The notes below the pieces were generated by a model, which saw only the letters and a list, made by a program, of their open reading frames with translations, was not told where the DNA came from and made no database searches. The translations under genes and the position numbers were made by a program. This document shows, piece after piece, positions 26,242 through 35,144 of a stretch of DNA of 39,528 nucleotides. Within the stretch, counting starts at the first letter, position 1, and each line of letters starts with the position of its first letter. Origin of the DNA: a virus (Duplodnaviria > Caudoviricetes); IMG/VR virus record IMGVR_UViG_3300003375_000004, positions 1-39,528 of that record; one strand, written 5' to 3'.

Positions 26242-26251
26242 ATCTTTTAAA

Positions 26252-26614
26252 TTATAGGCTAATATTGTGGGCTTTAGCCTCCTCCTCGATTTCGTGGTCA
26301 ATCAAGGATATTTGTTTATTATTTTCTTTAGATGAAAAGTGAAACAGAGTTAACTCGAGAACGTCTTTGAAAGTGAATATGTTGGCTCTCTCTGTCGGAG
26401 TTAAATCTCTGTCAGTCAGCAGTTGGTCGTTCAGCCTAGCAATCTTCTCCTCCAGCTCGGCCGCCAATTTCTTTACCTTCGGCATATCTAGGAAGTTTTG
26501 GTCGGTCTCTAGGGTGTTTAGCTGGTCATTCCAAGAGTTGAATAGGGCGAGGGTTGACGGGTGCCAGTCCTCCGACTTAATCAATGTTTGTAGTTTTGCT
26601 CTAGTATTAGACAT
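26252..26614 (-). CDS. Hypothetical helical protein downstream of portal
   Basis: 120 aa, starting 2 nt after the portal stop. Confidence 0.75.
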   Translation of the reverse strand: MSNTRAKLQTLIKSEDWHPSTLALFNSWNDQLNTLETDQNFLDMPKVKKLAAELEEKIARLNDQLLTDRDLTPTERANIFTFKDVLELTLFHFSSKENNKQISLIDHEIEEEAKAHNISL

Positions 26615-26616
26615 AA

Positions 26617-28647
26617 TTACTGTTGATTAACTTGGACTGGGCTTGGCTCTCCCTGGTTTCCAGTCGGTTGGGGGGTCGCCTGGGCTGTAGGTGCGCCCGG
26701 GACTCCACCTGGTGCGCCTTGCGCTGGCTGACCCCCTCCTGGTGTTGGTGCTCCTCCTGGTTGAGCGGGCGGTGCGTAAGGCTTTAAACGTAAGGCTAGT
26801 TGAGCCATATTTTCCATAACAACCTGATTGTGAGCCATTACATATTCAAGAAACTTGGGGTATTTTTCTTTTAAGGCCATTCGGTGAGCGGTGGCGAAAT
26901 CCATAATCTTTCTTTGGAAGATAGTGGTGGCACTCCAACAAACCTCAACCTTCTTTCCTTTAAGCAATTCTTTAATCGCTTCATCGGCGAAAGTGATTTG
27001 GTCTCTTTCTTTCCCTTGGCCTCTCAAATCGAGAGCGTCCTCGACCTCATCACTTTCATATCCGCCAATATCAGATAAAATCTTCCTAAGCTTCCAGTCG
27101 GGATTCATTCTTTGAGCAAGGGCGGGGTCTTTAGATGTCATATCCAAGGCTTTCTCTTTCTGCGCCTTTCGTAAAGCGTCCTCTTGGGCTTGCTGTTTGG
27201 TGCTGATAATATCCAAATCGTCTTTAGTCAATTTAATTTCTTTTAATTCATCAACAAAACCATAGCCTATCTCCGGGCCGAGCATATCAATCGCCTCGGC
27301 TTCCGACATATTGTCTTTGAGGCCAGCGATGTGGCGCAAAGCAATCTCTCCCCAGCATTCGGTATAAGAGTGGGAGCGATAGTCAATGCGCTTAGTCATC
27401 TGCTGGATTTCAGCATAGACAATGTTGTTTGTTTTCTTTCCTCCTTTAGAGACACCAGGGGCGTTCTGGTAAATACCAGTAGCCTTTCCAGTAAAATCAT
27501 CAAGCCAGTTAATCATATCAATCGTGCCACCGATTTCAGGGGTTTGGAAAGCAAAGGTTGCTTCACTAAGCTTCCTAACGCCTCCGAAAGTATTTACAGG
27601 GACGATACAATCAGGACGGCTCTGCGCCTCGTCCAGCTTGGCGACGTTGGTAATCATATCCTTATCATACAAACGGGCGTTCATATTGCGCTTCTGGCGG
27701 TTGGTAAGGTCTTGGTTGAAAAGGTCAACCACGGACACGGCGATCGGCATTAAGATGTCAGCCAGGATAGAAAGGCTCCAAAAGTTCTGGTCGTCCTCGT
27801 GGGTGGCGTAAGTGGTGTAAGGGTAAAGGCCGGAGCTGTTAAGCTCTTTAAGTTCTTCACATTTAATCCAAATCTTATTCCAGGGGTCAAATAGAATAGT
27901 ATATCTCTTGCCGTATTTAGTGAGGTGCCATTCCACCAGGTTGGCCGAAGCCTCGCCGATGTAATTGTTAGCGTCCGGGTCAAGATTCAAAGACTTGAAG
28001 CGAGCCATATTCTGCTGTTGGTCTTTGGCTAACTTCTCTTGATATTCGCTGTCTTGAATCATCTCGACAAGTTTCTCAACCTGCTTCTTATCGTAGTATC
28101 CCTCCTCGGCGCCTTTCAACAATTGGTCTTTAGTTTTAATAATTTGCTCTTCACCGCAAAACAAATGGCGTTCAAGGATTCCTCCTCCAGCGGGCTGACA
28201 ATGAAAGTATTGTGGGTTGACGGCCTCCAGGTTGTTTTGGTAAGGATTGGCAACAGAAAAGTATTTAAGTATTCCCCGGCCGTAGGTAACGGCAAACTTC
28301 CGACTGATTCTATCCTTATAATCCCAACGGGCGGAGTTGCGCAAAGACTTTTTAGCAATGTTAATGGTCTCATTTATGCCCTTTACAGCCTTTAGACTCT
28401 TTCCGCTGGCATTCTTTACCTTAATCGTTACGGGGTCGTCCAAATCGGAGCATAGGGTCTCAAACAAGCCATTAAGAACAGGAAGGGGAACATTGAACTG
28501 GGTGCGAGACTTAGCCTTAAACTTCCCATTAAGCATTTCAAGAGATTCATTGATTTTACCAAAACGCTTCTCCTTGTAGTCAGAAGAGGTTTTTAACTGT
28601 ATCATCGCAGTCCTTAATAGGTTTTCGGCTAGTTTTTCGCTAATCAT
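26617..28647 (-). CDS. Portal protein (P22-like size)
   Basis: 676 aa directly after TerL; AVTYGRGILK; low-complexity P/Q/G tail. Confidence 0.85.
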   Translation of the reverse strand: MISEKLAENLLRTAMIQLKTSSDYKEKRFGKINESLEMLNGKFKAKSRTQFNVPLPVLNGLFETLCSDLDDPVTIKVKNASGKSLKAVKGINETINIAKKSLRNSARWDYKDRISRKFAVTYGRGILKYFSVANPYQNNLEAVNPQYFHCQPAGGGILERHLFCGEEQIIKTKDQLLKGAEEGYYDKKQVEKLVEMIQDSEYQEKLAKDQQQNMARFKSLNLDPDANNYIGEASANLVEWHLTKYGKRYTILFDPWNKIWIKCEELKELNSSGLYPYTTYATHEDDQNFWSLSILADILMPIAVSVVDLFNQDLTNRQKRNMNARLYDKDMITNVAKLDEAQSRPDCIVPVNTFGGVRKLSEATFAFQTPEIGGTIDMINWLDDFTGKATGIYQNAPGVSKGGKKTNNIVYAEIQQMTKRIDYRSHSYTECWGEIALRHIAGLKDNMSEAEAIDMLGPEIGYGFVDELKEIKLTKDDLDIISTKQQAQEDALRKAQKEKALDMTSKDPALAQRMNPDWKLRKILSDIGGYESDEVEDALDLRGQGKERDQITFADEAIKELLKGKKVEVCWSATTIFQRKIMDFATAHRMALKEKYPKFLEYVMAHNQVVMENMAQLALRLKPYAPPAQPGGAPTPGGGQPAQGAPGGVPGAPTAQATPQPTGNQGEPSPVQVNQQ

Positions 28648-30152
28648 AGGTCATCATATCCATTCCAGGGAGCTTGTTGATACTCCCTCTGTGGGTTTAG
28701 TTTTTTGTTGTTGCCAACCTCCTCATAGATACTGCTGGGCTGGTAGGCAGGCTGGACGTAATCATCTTCAAAAGGTTTCTTGGCAAGCTGGCTCTGGTAG
28801 GCGGCGGCGTCAGCCACGTCATCGTGAACGCCCTTTGGGAAGTCTAGTAGCTCTTCTTCAAGCTCTTGGCATTGGCCTTTAATATGGTAAATGGAGCCGG
28901 ATTGATATCGGTTGATTAAACCTCTTATTCTCGTCTCCTTTTGCTGTTGTTTGTGTTTTAACGGGACGATATTCAAGAACTTGCTTCTCTTTCTCATCTC
29001 GTCATCAAAGAACGGCTTAACGGCTTGTGAATAGACTGTCTCTTCAATCCCAATCGCTTCAAATCCATATTTCTCGTGTAGGGCGAAGATATTGTCTAAT
29101 AACTCTTTCGGGTTAATCTTTAGCTTATATGTAATGAAATTCCAGTTATTTTGATTATCAACAAAGTTTAGAACCATACCGGTAAAATCCGCAGCGTCTC
29201 TCTGGCTCACCGCCGTATCAATGGAAAGGTAGCGTCGGGTGCTTAACTTCAAGACCTCTTCTAGCGTCCGGCTCTTAAACCACTCTTCCTTGAACTCTTG
29301 TGTTTCGGCTGACATAGGCTCTTGTTGATATAAGCTGGCCCAATCATACGGGCCGACTGTTCTTTTAATATTCTCTAAGGCAGGCAAGTCATACTTCTCC
29401 GGCCACAAGGCCTCGCCCTCGGCTCTGTTTGCCTCCTCTTGCGTCGCAATGGCTGGGAACTTAATAATCTCCCAATGCTCGCCGCCATTCTTCTCGGCTT
29501 CAATCAGACGGCCAGCCAAATCATCTTTATTCCAACGGGTTAAAATAAGAACAATTGCGCCGTCTTTCTCCAGTCTCGTGTAAGCGGTGGATGTGAACCA
29601 GCTCCAAACCTTTTGACGAATCAATCGGCTATCGGCTTCCTCTCTGTTTTTAAACGGGTCATCAATCACAAACAAATTTGCTCCTCTTCCGGTGATAGCC
29701 CCTCCGACACCTGCTGAGGTATATCCTCCGCCCTCGCCAGTCAACCACTTAGCTTTGCTCCGACTGTCGTCTCTCAGTTTGGCGTTAAATATCTCTTGGT
29801 ATTCTGGGCTATTAACTAGGTTTCTCGTCTTGTATCCAAAGTCTTGAGCTAATTCAGCGGAGTAGGAAGCGATAATAACCTCGTGAAAGGGGTGGCGTCC
29901 AAGATACCAGGCAGGAAAGTTAATTGAACCGAGTTCTGACTTGCCGTGTCTAGGTGGGACGCAAAGGATAAGTCTTTTTATCTCTCCTCTCTCAACGGCC
30001 TCCAATTTTTCTGCTATCTGATAATGAATCCAGGCGGGATTGTAGTTGATATTTGTTAGGACGCAGAAAGGTATAAGCTCATTGGCGCCAATAACATTAA
30101 GCGCCTCTATTTCTTCCAGTTCTTCCGGCGACAATTTGTTTTGCTCTTTCAT
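28644..30152 (-). CDS. terL: Terminase large subunit
   Basis: Walker A PPRHGKS, Walker B FVIDDP, TRW, nuclease motifs SIDTA and FPKGVHDDVADA. Confidence 0.97.
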   Translation of the reverse strand: MKEQNKLSPEELEEIEALNVIGANELIPFCVLTNINYNPAWIHYQIAEKLEAVERGEIKRLILCVPPRHGKSELGSINFPAWYLGRHPFHEVIIASYSAELAQDFGYKTRNLVNSPEYQEIFNAKLRDDSRSKAKWLTGEGGGYTSAGVGGAITGRGANLFVIDDPFKNREEADSRLIRQKVWSWFTSTAYTRLEKDGAIVLILTRWNKDDLAGRLIEAEKNGGEHWEIIKFPAIATQEEANRAEGEALWPEKYDLPALENIKRTVGPYDWASLYQQEPMSAETQEFKEEWFKSRTLEEVLKLSTRRYLSIDTAVSQRDAADFTGMVLNFVDNQNNWNFITYKLKINPKELLDNIFALHEKYGFEAIGIEETVYSQAVKPFFDDEMRKRSKFLNIVPLKHKQQQKETRIRGLINRYQSGSIYHIKGQCQELEEELLDFPKGVHDDVADAAAYQSQLAKKPFEDDYVQPAYQPSSIYEEVGNNKKLNPQREYQQAPWNGYDDL

Positions 30153-30477
30153 ATCGCATTTTATCAAAGGTTATAGTGGCCTCGACTTTATCTGTTGGTT
30201 TGTATCCGGCTCGGTCAAGAATATCCTTATTGGCGTTCAGTTTAACAACTTCACTCTTTGCTGATTGACTTAGTTTCACGATTCTTGTTGCCGCTCCATT
30301 AGCCTCGCCCTCCAAATAAGCCTTTATATCAGGTTTTGTCAAGTTTTCACTTCCAATGCTGGTGGCTGAGCGTTTATTCTTTGTTTTATACACTCCGAGG
30401 ACTGCTTCGGTGGCGTTTCCGGTCTCCAAATACCTATCGGCAAACTTCTTCTGTTTTATAGTTATTCCTCTCGCCAT
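30097..30477 (-). CDS. terS: Terminase small subunit
   Basis: TIKQKKFADRYLETGNATEA...IGSENLTKPDI, ILDRAG. Confidence 0.93.
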   Translation of the reverse strand: MARGITIKQKKFADRYLETGNATEAVLGVYKTKNKRSATSIGSENLTKPDIKAYLEGEANGAATRIVKLSQSAKSEVVKLNANKDILDRAGYKPTDKVEATITFDKMRYERAKQIVAGRTGRNRGA

Positions 30478-30479
30478 AT

Positions 30480-30674
30480 TTACTTAATTCCCATTAGTTT
30501 CTTAACACGGCTATCGTTCTTTAAAATGCTTCCCTTTAGAACTGAGATAAGCTCGTCCAGTTTCTTGGCCGCTTTTTCATCTCTGCTCGGATACTTGGCT
30601 CTCATATCGGTAAAGAAGGTCAGTATTAGATTGGCGTCGCTTTCTCTTAGCTCTATGTTTAATATTTTATCCAT
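30480..30674 (-). CDS. Hypothetical protein
   Basis: 64 aa, tightly packed with its neighbours. Confidence 0.65.
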   Translation of the reverse strand: MDKILNIELRESDANLILTFFTDMRAKYPSRDEKAAKKLDELISVLKGSILKNDSRVKKLMGIK

Positions 30675-30675
30675 A

Positions 30676-31182
30676 TTATTCAGCTTGAGCTTCTTCAGGT
30701 TTTACTTCTTCGGTTGGCTCTTCAGGGGTAGCTTCAGCAACGGCTTCAACCTTGGTAAGTGGGGCTTCGGGAGCTGGAGTAATATCTTCTCCATTAGCTA
30801 CTTTGTCTCTTAAGTTAGAAATGAAAGCAATTTTAATGTCAGAAGCCTCTATTTGGTCAATGGCGTTCTGTTTGCGTTCTTTCATTAAGTCTATATTGCT
30901 AGCCAATTCAGAGTTGTCAGCAGAAAGGTCGGCTGGTGCATTAAGCTTCTCTAAAACGGCATTACAGCTTTCAAGGTCGATAATGGCTTGTAGCTTCTCA
31001 CCGGTAATAGTGGCGAGCTGGTTGTCTAGAAACTTCAAAGAAGCGAACTGTAAGGGGTCGGAATTGTAAGCAATAGTGATATTATCAGGGGAAAAACTGA
31101 CAAAAACGTCGGTGTCATTCACCTGTTTAAGATATTCATTTAAATTTTCGTCCTTCTTGTCAAAAGTCTTTACGATTTTCAT
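30676..31182 (-). CDS. Hypothetical coiled-coil protein with acidic tail
   Basis: 168-aa ORF in the late arm. Confidence 0.75.
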   Translation of the reverse strand: MKIVKTFDKKDENLNEYLKQVNDTDVFVSFSPDNITIAYNSDPLQFASLKFLDNQLATITGEKLQAIIDLESCNAVLEKLNAPADLSADNSELASNIDLMKERKQNAIDQIEASDIKIAFISNLRDKVANGEDITPAPEAPLTKVEAVAEATPEEPTEEVKPEEAQAE

Positions 31183-31195
31183 AATAATTGTTTTA

Positions 31196-31519
31196 TTATT
31201 TATTATTTAATAATTTAATTTCTGCTTTTAGCATCGCCTCTCTAATCTTTTGTTTAGCTTCCACTGTTTGATGCCCTCCAGTAAATCCTTTTCCTCTATG
31301 GTTTGCTCGCATTTTTTACTTAGATTCTTCAGTATGCTTTTTGCCAAAAAAATAATTTTCTTCTCCAAATCTCCTAATTCCAAAACTTGGGTTATCTTTT
31401 CCAAACAATCTTTTTCCTGGATGAGAAGTGCTCTTTTTCGGTCCTTCTTTTCTTACCCAATATTTTCTCTGGATTTTTTCTCCTTTCAATACTTTTCTAG
31501 CTCCGAACCAAACATCCAT
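31196..31519 (-). pseudogene. NUMOD3-repeat protein interrupted by an in-frame TAA at 31316-31318
   Basis: GKDNPSFG..GEENYFFGKKHTEESK*KMRANHRG..HQTVEAKQKIREA; the motif continues across the stop. Confidence 0.75.
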
Positions 31520-31619
31520 ATTTTTATTACGAGAATTGACCCAATAGAAACGAGTCTTTGGGTTTTATTTCTCGTAGTCGATTTTTGGCACTGCGATAGT
31601 AACCATTTTGAAATCAATT

Positions 31620-31832
31620 TGTTTTTTGTCCTCCCCATCCCAGTCGAAAAGGATAGGAAGGAAATTCAGGAAAATAAGCAGCTCCTTGCGGAGAGAGGGG
31701 GGACAAAAGACAAAAGAAAGATTTGGCACCTCCCAGCCTGAGCCGAAAGGCCGTGGATTGTCCACGAGGAGTTTCTGGCACCGTGTTTGTCCTTCCTTTC
31801 GGAGTGTCGGGATTAGAACTTCTTTCTACCTG
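31620..31832 (-). ncRNA. Structured 5' leader of the late transcript
   Basis: TCC-GAAA-GGA and CTCC-GCAA-GGAG GNRA hairpins, GTGGA-caa-TCCAC, and long-range TTTTGTCC.CCCC / GGGG.GGACAAAA. Confidence 0.5.
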
Positions 31833-31838
31833 CCTTCC

Positions 31839-31866
31839 AGTATAGCAGGTTTTCTAAAAAAGTCAA
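31839..31866 (-). promoter_or_regulatory. Leftward (late arm) sigma70-type promoter
   Basis: TTGACT, 16 nt, TATACT with an extended -10 TG. Confidence 0.75.
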
Positions 31867-31905
31867 TACCCAGCAATCATCGGCTTTTACTGGGCTTCCG
31901 CCGAC

Positions 31906-31934
31906 TTGACTTTTTAACCTTTTTGCCCTATACT
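31906..31934 (+). promoter_or_regulatory. Rightward (replication) sigma70-type promoter
   Basis: TTGACT, 17 nt, TATACT. Confidence 0.8.
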
Positions 31935-32064
31935 GTTTCTATGCCTATAATAACTGTGACCCCTTTGAATAAAAAGCACAAAGCTTTCCCTCATCCGTTA
32001 ATCCGGGTGGCGACCCGTCACAGGTTGTTAGGCAGGGAGAGCCTTGTGTTTTTTGTTTAAATTT

Positions 32065-32793
32065 ATGAAGAAGACCTATTACTTCAGCCACGATTATAAC
32101 GCCCAAAACGATGAGAAAATTCTTAAACTTATGTCCTCTTTAGGCTGGGAGGGCTACGGCTTGTTTTGGGGGATAATCGAGCGGCTTTACGAAGCGGACG
32201 GATTTTTAACCAAGGATTATGAAACCATTGCCTTCGGTATGCGGACTGAGCCTGGAGTTATCCGTGCGGTGGTTGAGGACTTCGGGTTGTTTAGGCTAAC
32301 TGACTCTCAGTTTTGCTCCGAGGCGGTTCTTAGGAGGCTCTCTTTTGCCCAAGAAAAGAGTGAAAAGGCTAGAAATTCTGCTAACATTAAATGGGGTAAT
32401 GCGAACGCATTGCCAACGCAATGCGATAGCTATGCTATAAAGGAAATAAAAGTAAATGAAATTAAAGAAAATGAAAGTAAAGATAATATACTAGTAGGCG
32501 ATAAATCGCCCACCCCCAAGGAAGTAGCTAGTTTGTTTTTTTCTTCCCTAGAAGAGCAAGAGCGTGTTCTTTCAGAAAGGGTGGCTAAGGGATATGACGA
32601 AGGGGAAACCCGTAAACTGTTGGGGGAGTTTATTTCCTATTGGACGGAGCCCAATAAATCCGGAACTAAGGTGCGGTGGGAGATGGAGCGGACTTTTGAG
32701 GTCGGCCGTCGGCTAGGGACTTGGTTCTCTCGCTCAAAAACTTTTAATAATCGGTCTGAGCCTTCTAGGGTGATTGACCTTTCAAATTTATGA
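32065..32793 (+). CDS. Replication initiator (DUF4373 / Lin1244-Lin1753-like N-terminal domain)
   Basis: YYFSHDYNAQNDEKI..LGWEGYGLFWGIIERL; C-terminal FISYWTE..RWEMERTFEVGRRLGTW. Confidence 0.85.
   Translation: MKKTYYFSHDYNAQNDEKILKLMSSLGWEGYGLFWGIIERLYEADGFLTKDYETIAFGMRTEPGVIRAVVEDFGLFRLTDSQFCSEAVLRRLSFAQEKSEKARNSANIKWGNANALPTQCDSYAIKEIKVNEIKENESKDNILVGDKSPTPKEVASLFFSSLEEQERVLSERVAKGYDEGETRKLLGEFISYWTEPNKSGTKVRWEMERTFEVGRRLGTWFSRSKTFNNRSEPSRVIDLSNL
32398..32490. other. Putative lambda-type replication origin inside the initiator gene
   Basis: Clustered ATGC/GCAT/AACGCA repeats followed by a strongly A-rich, strand-biased tract. Confidence 0.65.
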
Positions 32794-33233
32794 ACGAAGT
32801 TCAAAAAAAAGAAAATCTCTTTATGCTTCTAACCTTTTCCGGCCACAGCTATGTGATTGACGAAAAGCAATATGAACGCATCCTAATGGCTCCAGCTAAA
32901 AGCACCATTCGTCTTTCTGGCGCTCTAGTTAATACCTCAGCAATCTCCGAAATTCTTTCGTTGGATGCTTACTACCTAGAACACCCTGATAAAAGGCCTA
33001 TGCCTGTTTATGAGGCGCCAAGGTTCGGATACGCCCCGAAGTCCGAGTTCGGCCCCGAAAGGCGCAAGAAAGCCCTTGAGAGCCTTCTGCGTGGGTTTAA
33101 CCAGGCCGTCACTGAGCAGGGTTATCCAATTAGCGAGAAGCAGGAGCCAATTAGAGCTAGAATTGTCGCTGCTATTTCTTCGGGTGGTGCTGGCGTCCCG
33201 GAAATTGCTGAATTGTTTACCGGTAAATCGTAA
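32790..33233 (+). CDS. Hypothetical protein in the helicase-loader position
   Basis: ATGA-coupled to the initiator gene. Confidence 0.7.
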   Translation: MNEVQKKENLFMLLTFSGHSYVIDEKQYERILMAPAKSTIRLSGALVNTSAISEILSLDAYYLEHPDKRPMPVYEAPRFGYAPKSEFGPERRKKALESLLRGFNQAVTEQGYPISEKQEPIRARIVAAISSGGAGVPEIAELFTGKS

Positions 33234-33347
33234 TTCCACGGATTTTTTTTCCAATTCAATTCCCGTCATTTTACAAAACAGTGGATAAATCAAAAAGACT
33301 TGCTAAAATTGGCTAAATAAATTTCATCATTTATTGGTACTACACCA

Positions 33348-33376
33348 TTGACTTTTTCCCCTTTTGGGTGTATGAT
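33348..33376 (+). promoter_or_regulatory. Early sigma70-type promoter for the recombination operon
   Basis: TTGACT, 17 nt, TATGAT. Confidence 0.8.
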
Positions 33377-33397
33377 GTAGTCAGTTAGTTGAGGCGC

Positions 33398-33610
33398 ATT
33401 GAAAATCTTTTCTCCCTAGGGCTTCCGAGGAACGGAGGCAAGCATAACGGCTTGAACAATTATTCCTCCTAGTAGACCGGAAGCCTTGGGGTCAAATATT
33501 TCAATCTTGCTAACTTCTTAAAAACATAATTGTGCTATCGGATAGGCGGAGACGCCTAGACACTAATAGGCAAACGGAGGTTCTCACAATTTCCTCCGTC
33601 TGTCCGATAG
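33398..33610 (+). ncRNA. Structured 5' leader with two domains
   Basis: CCCTAGGGCTTCC/GGAAGCCTTGGG and the 17-bp CTATCGGATAGGCGGAG/CTCCGTCTGTCCGATAG stem. Confidence 0.55.
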
Positions 33611-33620
33611 AGAAAAAACT

Positions 33621-33839
33621 ATGGTCAACGAAATTGAATTGGCAAAAATCGCAGGGCTTGCCCCAATGGGGAAAGACACTGAAGGAAGGCAAGAATATGT
33701 CGGGACAAAAGAACAGTGGAAAAAATTTGAGGAGCTAATGTTTGAAGAAGAAACCGAGGAAGAATACAACCTCATTGATGAAAAAATTAAGCAGGACTCA
33801 GTTGAGTGCAACCTAGAAGGGACTGGAGATGGAGATTAA
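33621..33839 (+). CDS. Small acidic hypothetical protein
   Basis: 72 aa, first ORF after the leader. Confidence 0.7.
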   Translation: MVNEIELAKIAGLAPMGKDTEGRQEYVGTKEQWKKFEELMFEEETEEEYNLIDEKIKQDSVECNLEGTGDGD

Positions 33840-33987
33840 AAAAACAACCAACGCCTATGGCGAGGTGAGATACCAGCGACTTAGCTGGTTAGATAAAAAT
33901 TCAGACAAAATATTAACACTAATAGTAGCAGGGGGATGGATTTGGCTCATTTGGTCAATCGTTCACTTGCTGACAACGTCAAAATGA
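33829..33987 (+). CDS. Small single-TM protein (52 aa), not in the ORF track
   Basis: MEIKKTTNAYGEVRYQRLSWLDKNSDKILTLIVAGGWIWLIWSIVHLLTTSK; ATGA-coupled to the next gene. Confidence 0.65.
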   Translation: MEIKKTTNAYGEVRYQRLSWLDKNSDKILTLIVAGGWIWLIWSIVHLLTTSK

Positions 33988-34295
33988 AAATCCTAATAAA
34001 CGGCTTCTATGTTGAAACCACGGTTGAGGAGGCGAGGGAACTTTTACAAATGGATAAAATTGAGAAACCGTTAGTGGCTTCGAACAATCCCAAAAAAATA
34101 AAAGTTAAAAGATATAACAAAAAAAAGGGTTGGATTCCCTGGAGCAAGGAAGACGAGCAAATCATTATCGACAACTCGTTTCTTCCGACAAGCAAGCTCC
34201 AGCGTAGATTCTTTCCGAAAAGAAGCACTGCGGCGGTTAGCCAGCGCCGAGGGCTAATTGAACGCAGACTAAAAGTGGAGACTGATATTAAGTAG
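33984..34295 (+). CDS. Myb/SANT-like HTH DNA-binding protein
   Basis: PWSKEDEQII...FPKRSTAAVSQR. Confidence 0.65.
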   Translation: MKILINGFYVETTVEEARELLQMDKIEKPLVASNNPKKIKVKRYNKKKGWIPWSKEDEQIIIDNSFLPTSKLQRRFFPKRSTAAVSQRRGLIERRLKVETDIK

Positions 34296-34296
34296 T

Positions 34297-34584
34297 ATGA
34301 CCAACCAGACTCAAAAACAATGGGTCATTGGCAGACTAGTTCAGAACGGGAGAATAAGCAGGAACGAGTGCCTTTCTAACTTTATTGCTCGGCTCGGCGC
34401 AATCATTTGCCAGCTGAAAAAAGAAGGCTACGAGTTCGAAGAAGGCGTCTATCTCCCGACTGGCGCAGGACACAAGGACTACATTTACAAACTTAAAGGA
34501 AAACCGCTCGACCTTATCTTCGGGCCACGAAGCTTTAAAGATATGGCGATTGAAAAACTAAACGAACGAATATGGGAAATCTAA
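34297..34584 (+). CDS. Winged-HTH protein
   Basis: TQKQWVIGRL..GRISRNEC...IARLGAIICQLKKEGYEF. Confidence 0.75.
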   Translation: MTNQTQKQWVIGRLVQNGRISRNECLSNFIARLGAIICQLKKEGYEFEEGVYLPTGAGHKDYIYKLKGKPLDLIFGPRSFKDMAIEKLNERIWEI

Positions 34585-35144
34585 CCAAAAAATTAGGAGA
34601 AATCCAAGCTAAGTTAAAGGCCCCTAAAAGCCAATGGAACTCTTTCGGGAAGTATGCTTACCGCAATTGCGAAGACATCCTAGAAGCTGTCAAACCATTG
34701 ATAGGGGAAGCTTACACTCTGCTCCTCACTGATGAAGTTGTCTGTGTCGGGGCGAGAAATTATGTCAAATCCACCGCTAGGTTCGCCGATTCCGAGGACA
34801 GTTCGTTCCTTGAAGTATCTGCTTTCGCTCGTGAGCCCGAATCCAAGAAGGGGATGGACGAAAGCCAGATTACTGGCGCAGCATCCTCCTACGCTCGCAA
34901 GTATGCTCTTAACGGCCTATTTCTGATTGACGACACTAAGGACGCCGACGACGACGGGAAGCCTAAGGTTGACGCCTCCAAAGTGGATATCATTGACGCT
35001 CTGAAAAAAGAAGTTGACGAGATAAAAACCGTCGAGGCTCTAAGGGTGTATTACCATAACCACGGAGGCTATGGGGCGGATTTTGACAAGTATATGATAG
35101 ACAAGGGCGAGGAGTTGAAAACCAAAGCTGAACTGGATATATGA
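34572..35144 (+). CDS. erf: ERF-family ssDNA annealing protein
   Basis: KAPKSQWNSFGKYAYRNCEDILEAVKP, QITGAASSYARKYALNGLF.IDD.KDAD. Confidence 0.95.
   Translation: MGNLTKKLGEIQAKLKAPKSQWNSFGKYAYRNCEDILEAVKPLIGEAYTLLLTDEVVCVGARNYVKSTARFADSEDSSFLEVSAFAREPESKKGMDESQITGAASSYARKYALNGLFLIDDTKDADDDGKPKVDASKVDIIDALKKEVDEIKTVEALRVYYHNHGGYGADFDKYMIDKGEELKTKAELDI

Noticed and set aside
8174-31318. Genome-wide stop-codon reassignment
   Set aside because: TAA, TAG and TGA all end well-defined genes that abut the next start, and coding density is high under the standard code.
31250-31940. Plus-strand ORFs 31250-31741 and the 5' part of 31608-32060
   Set aside because: They are antisense to the late leader and NUMOD3 ORF and run through the promoters, with no recognisable motifs.
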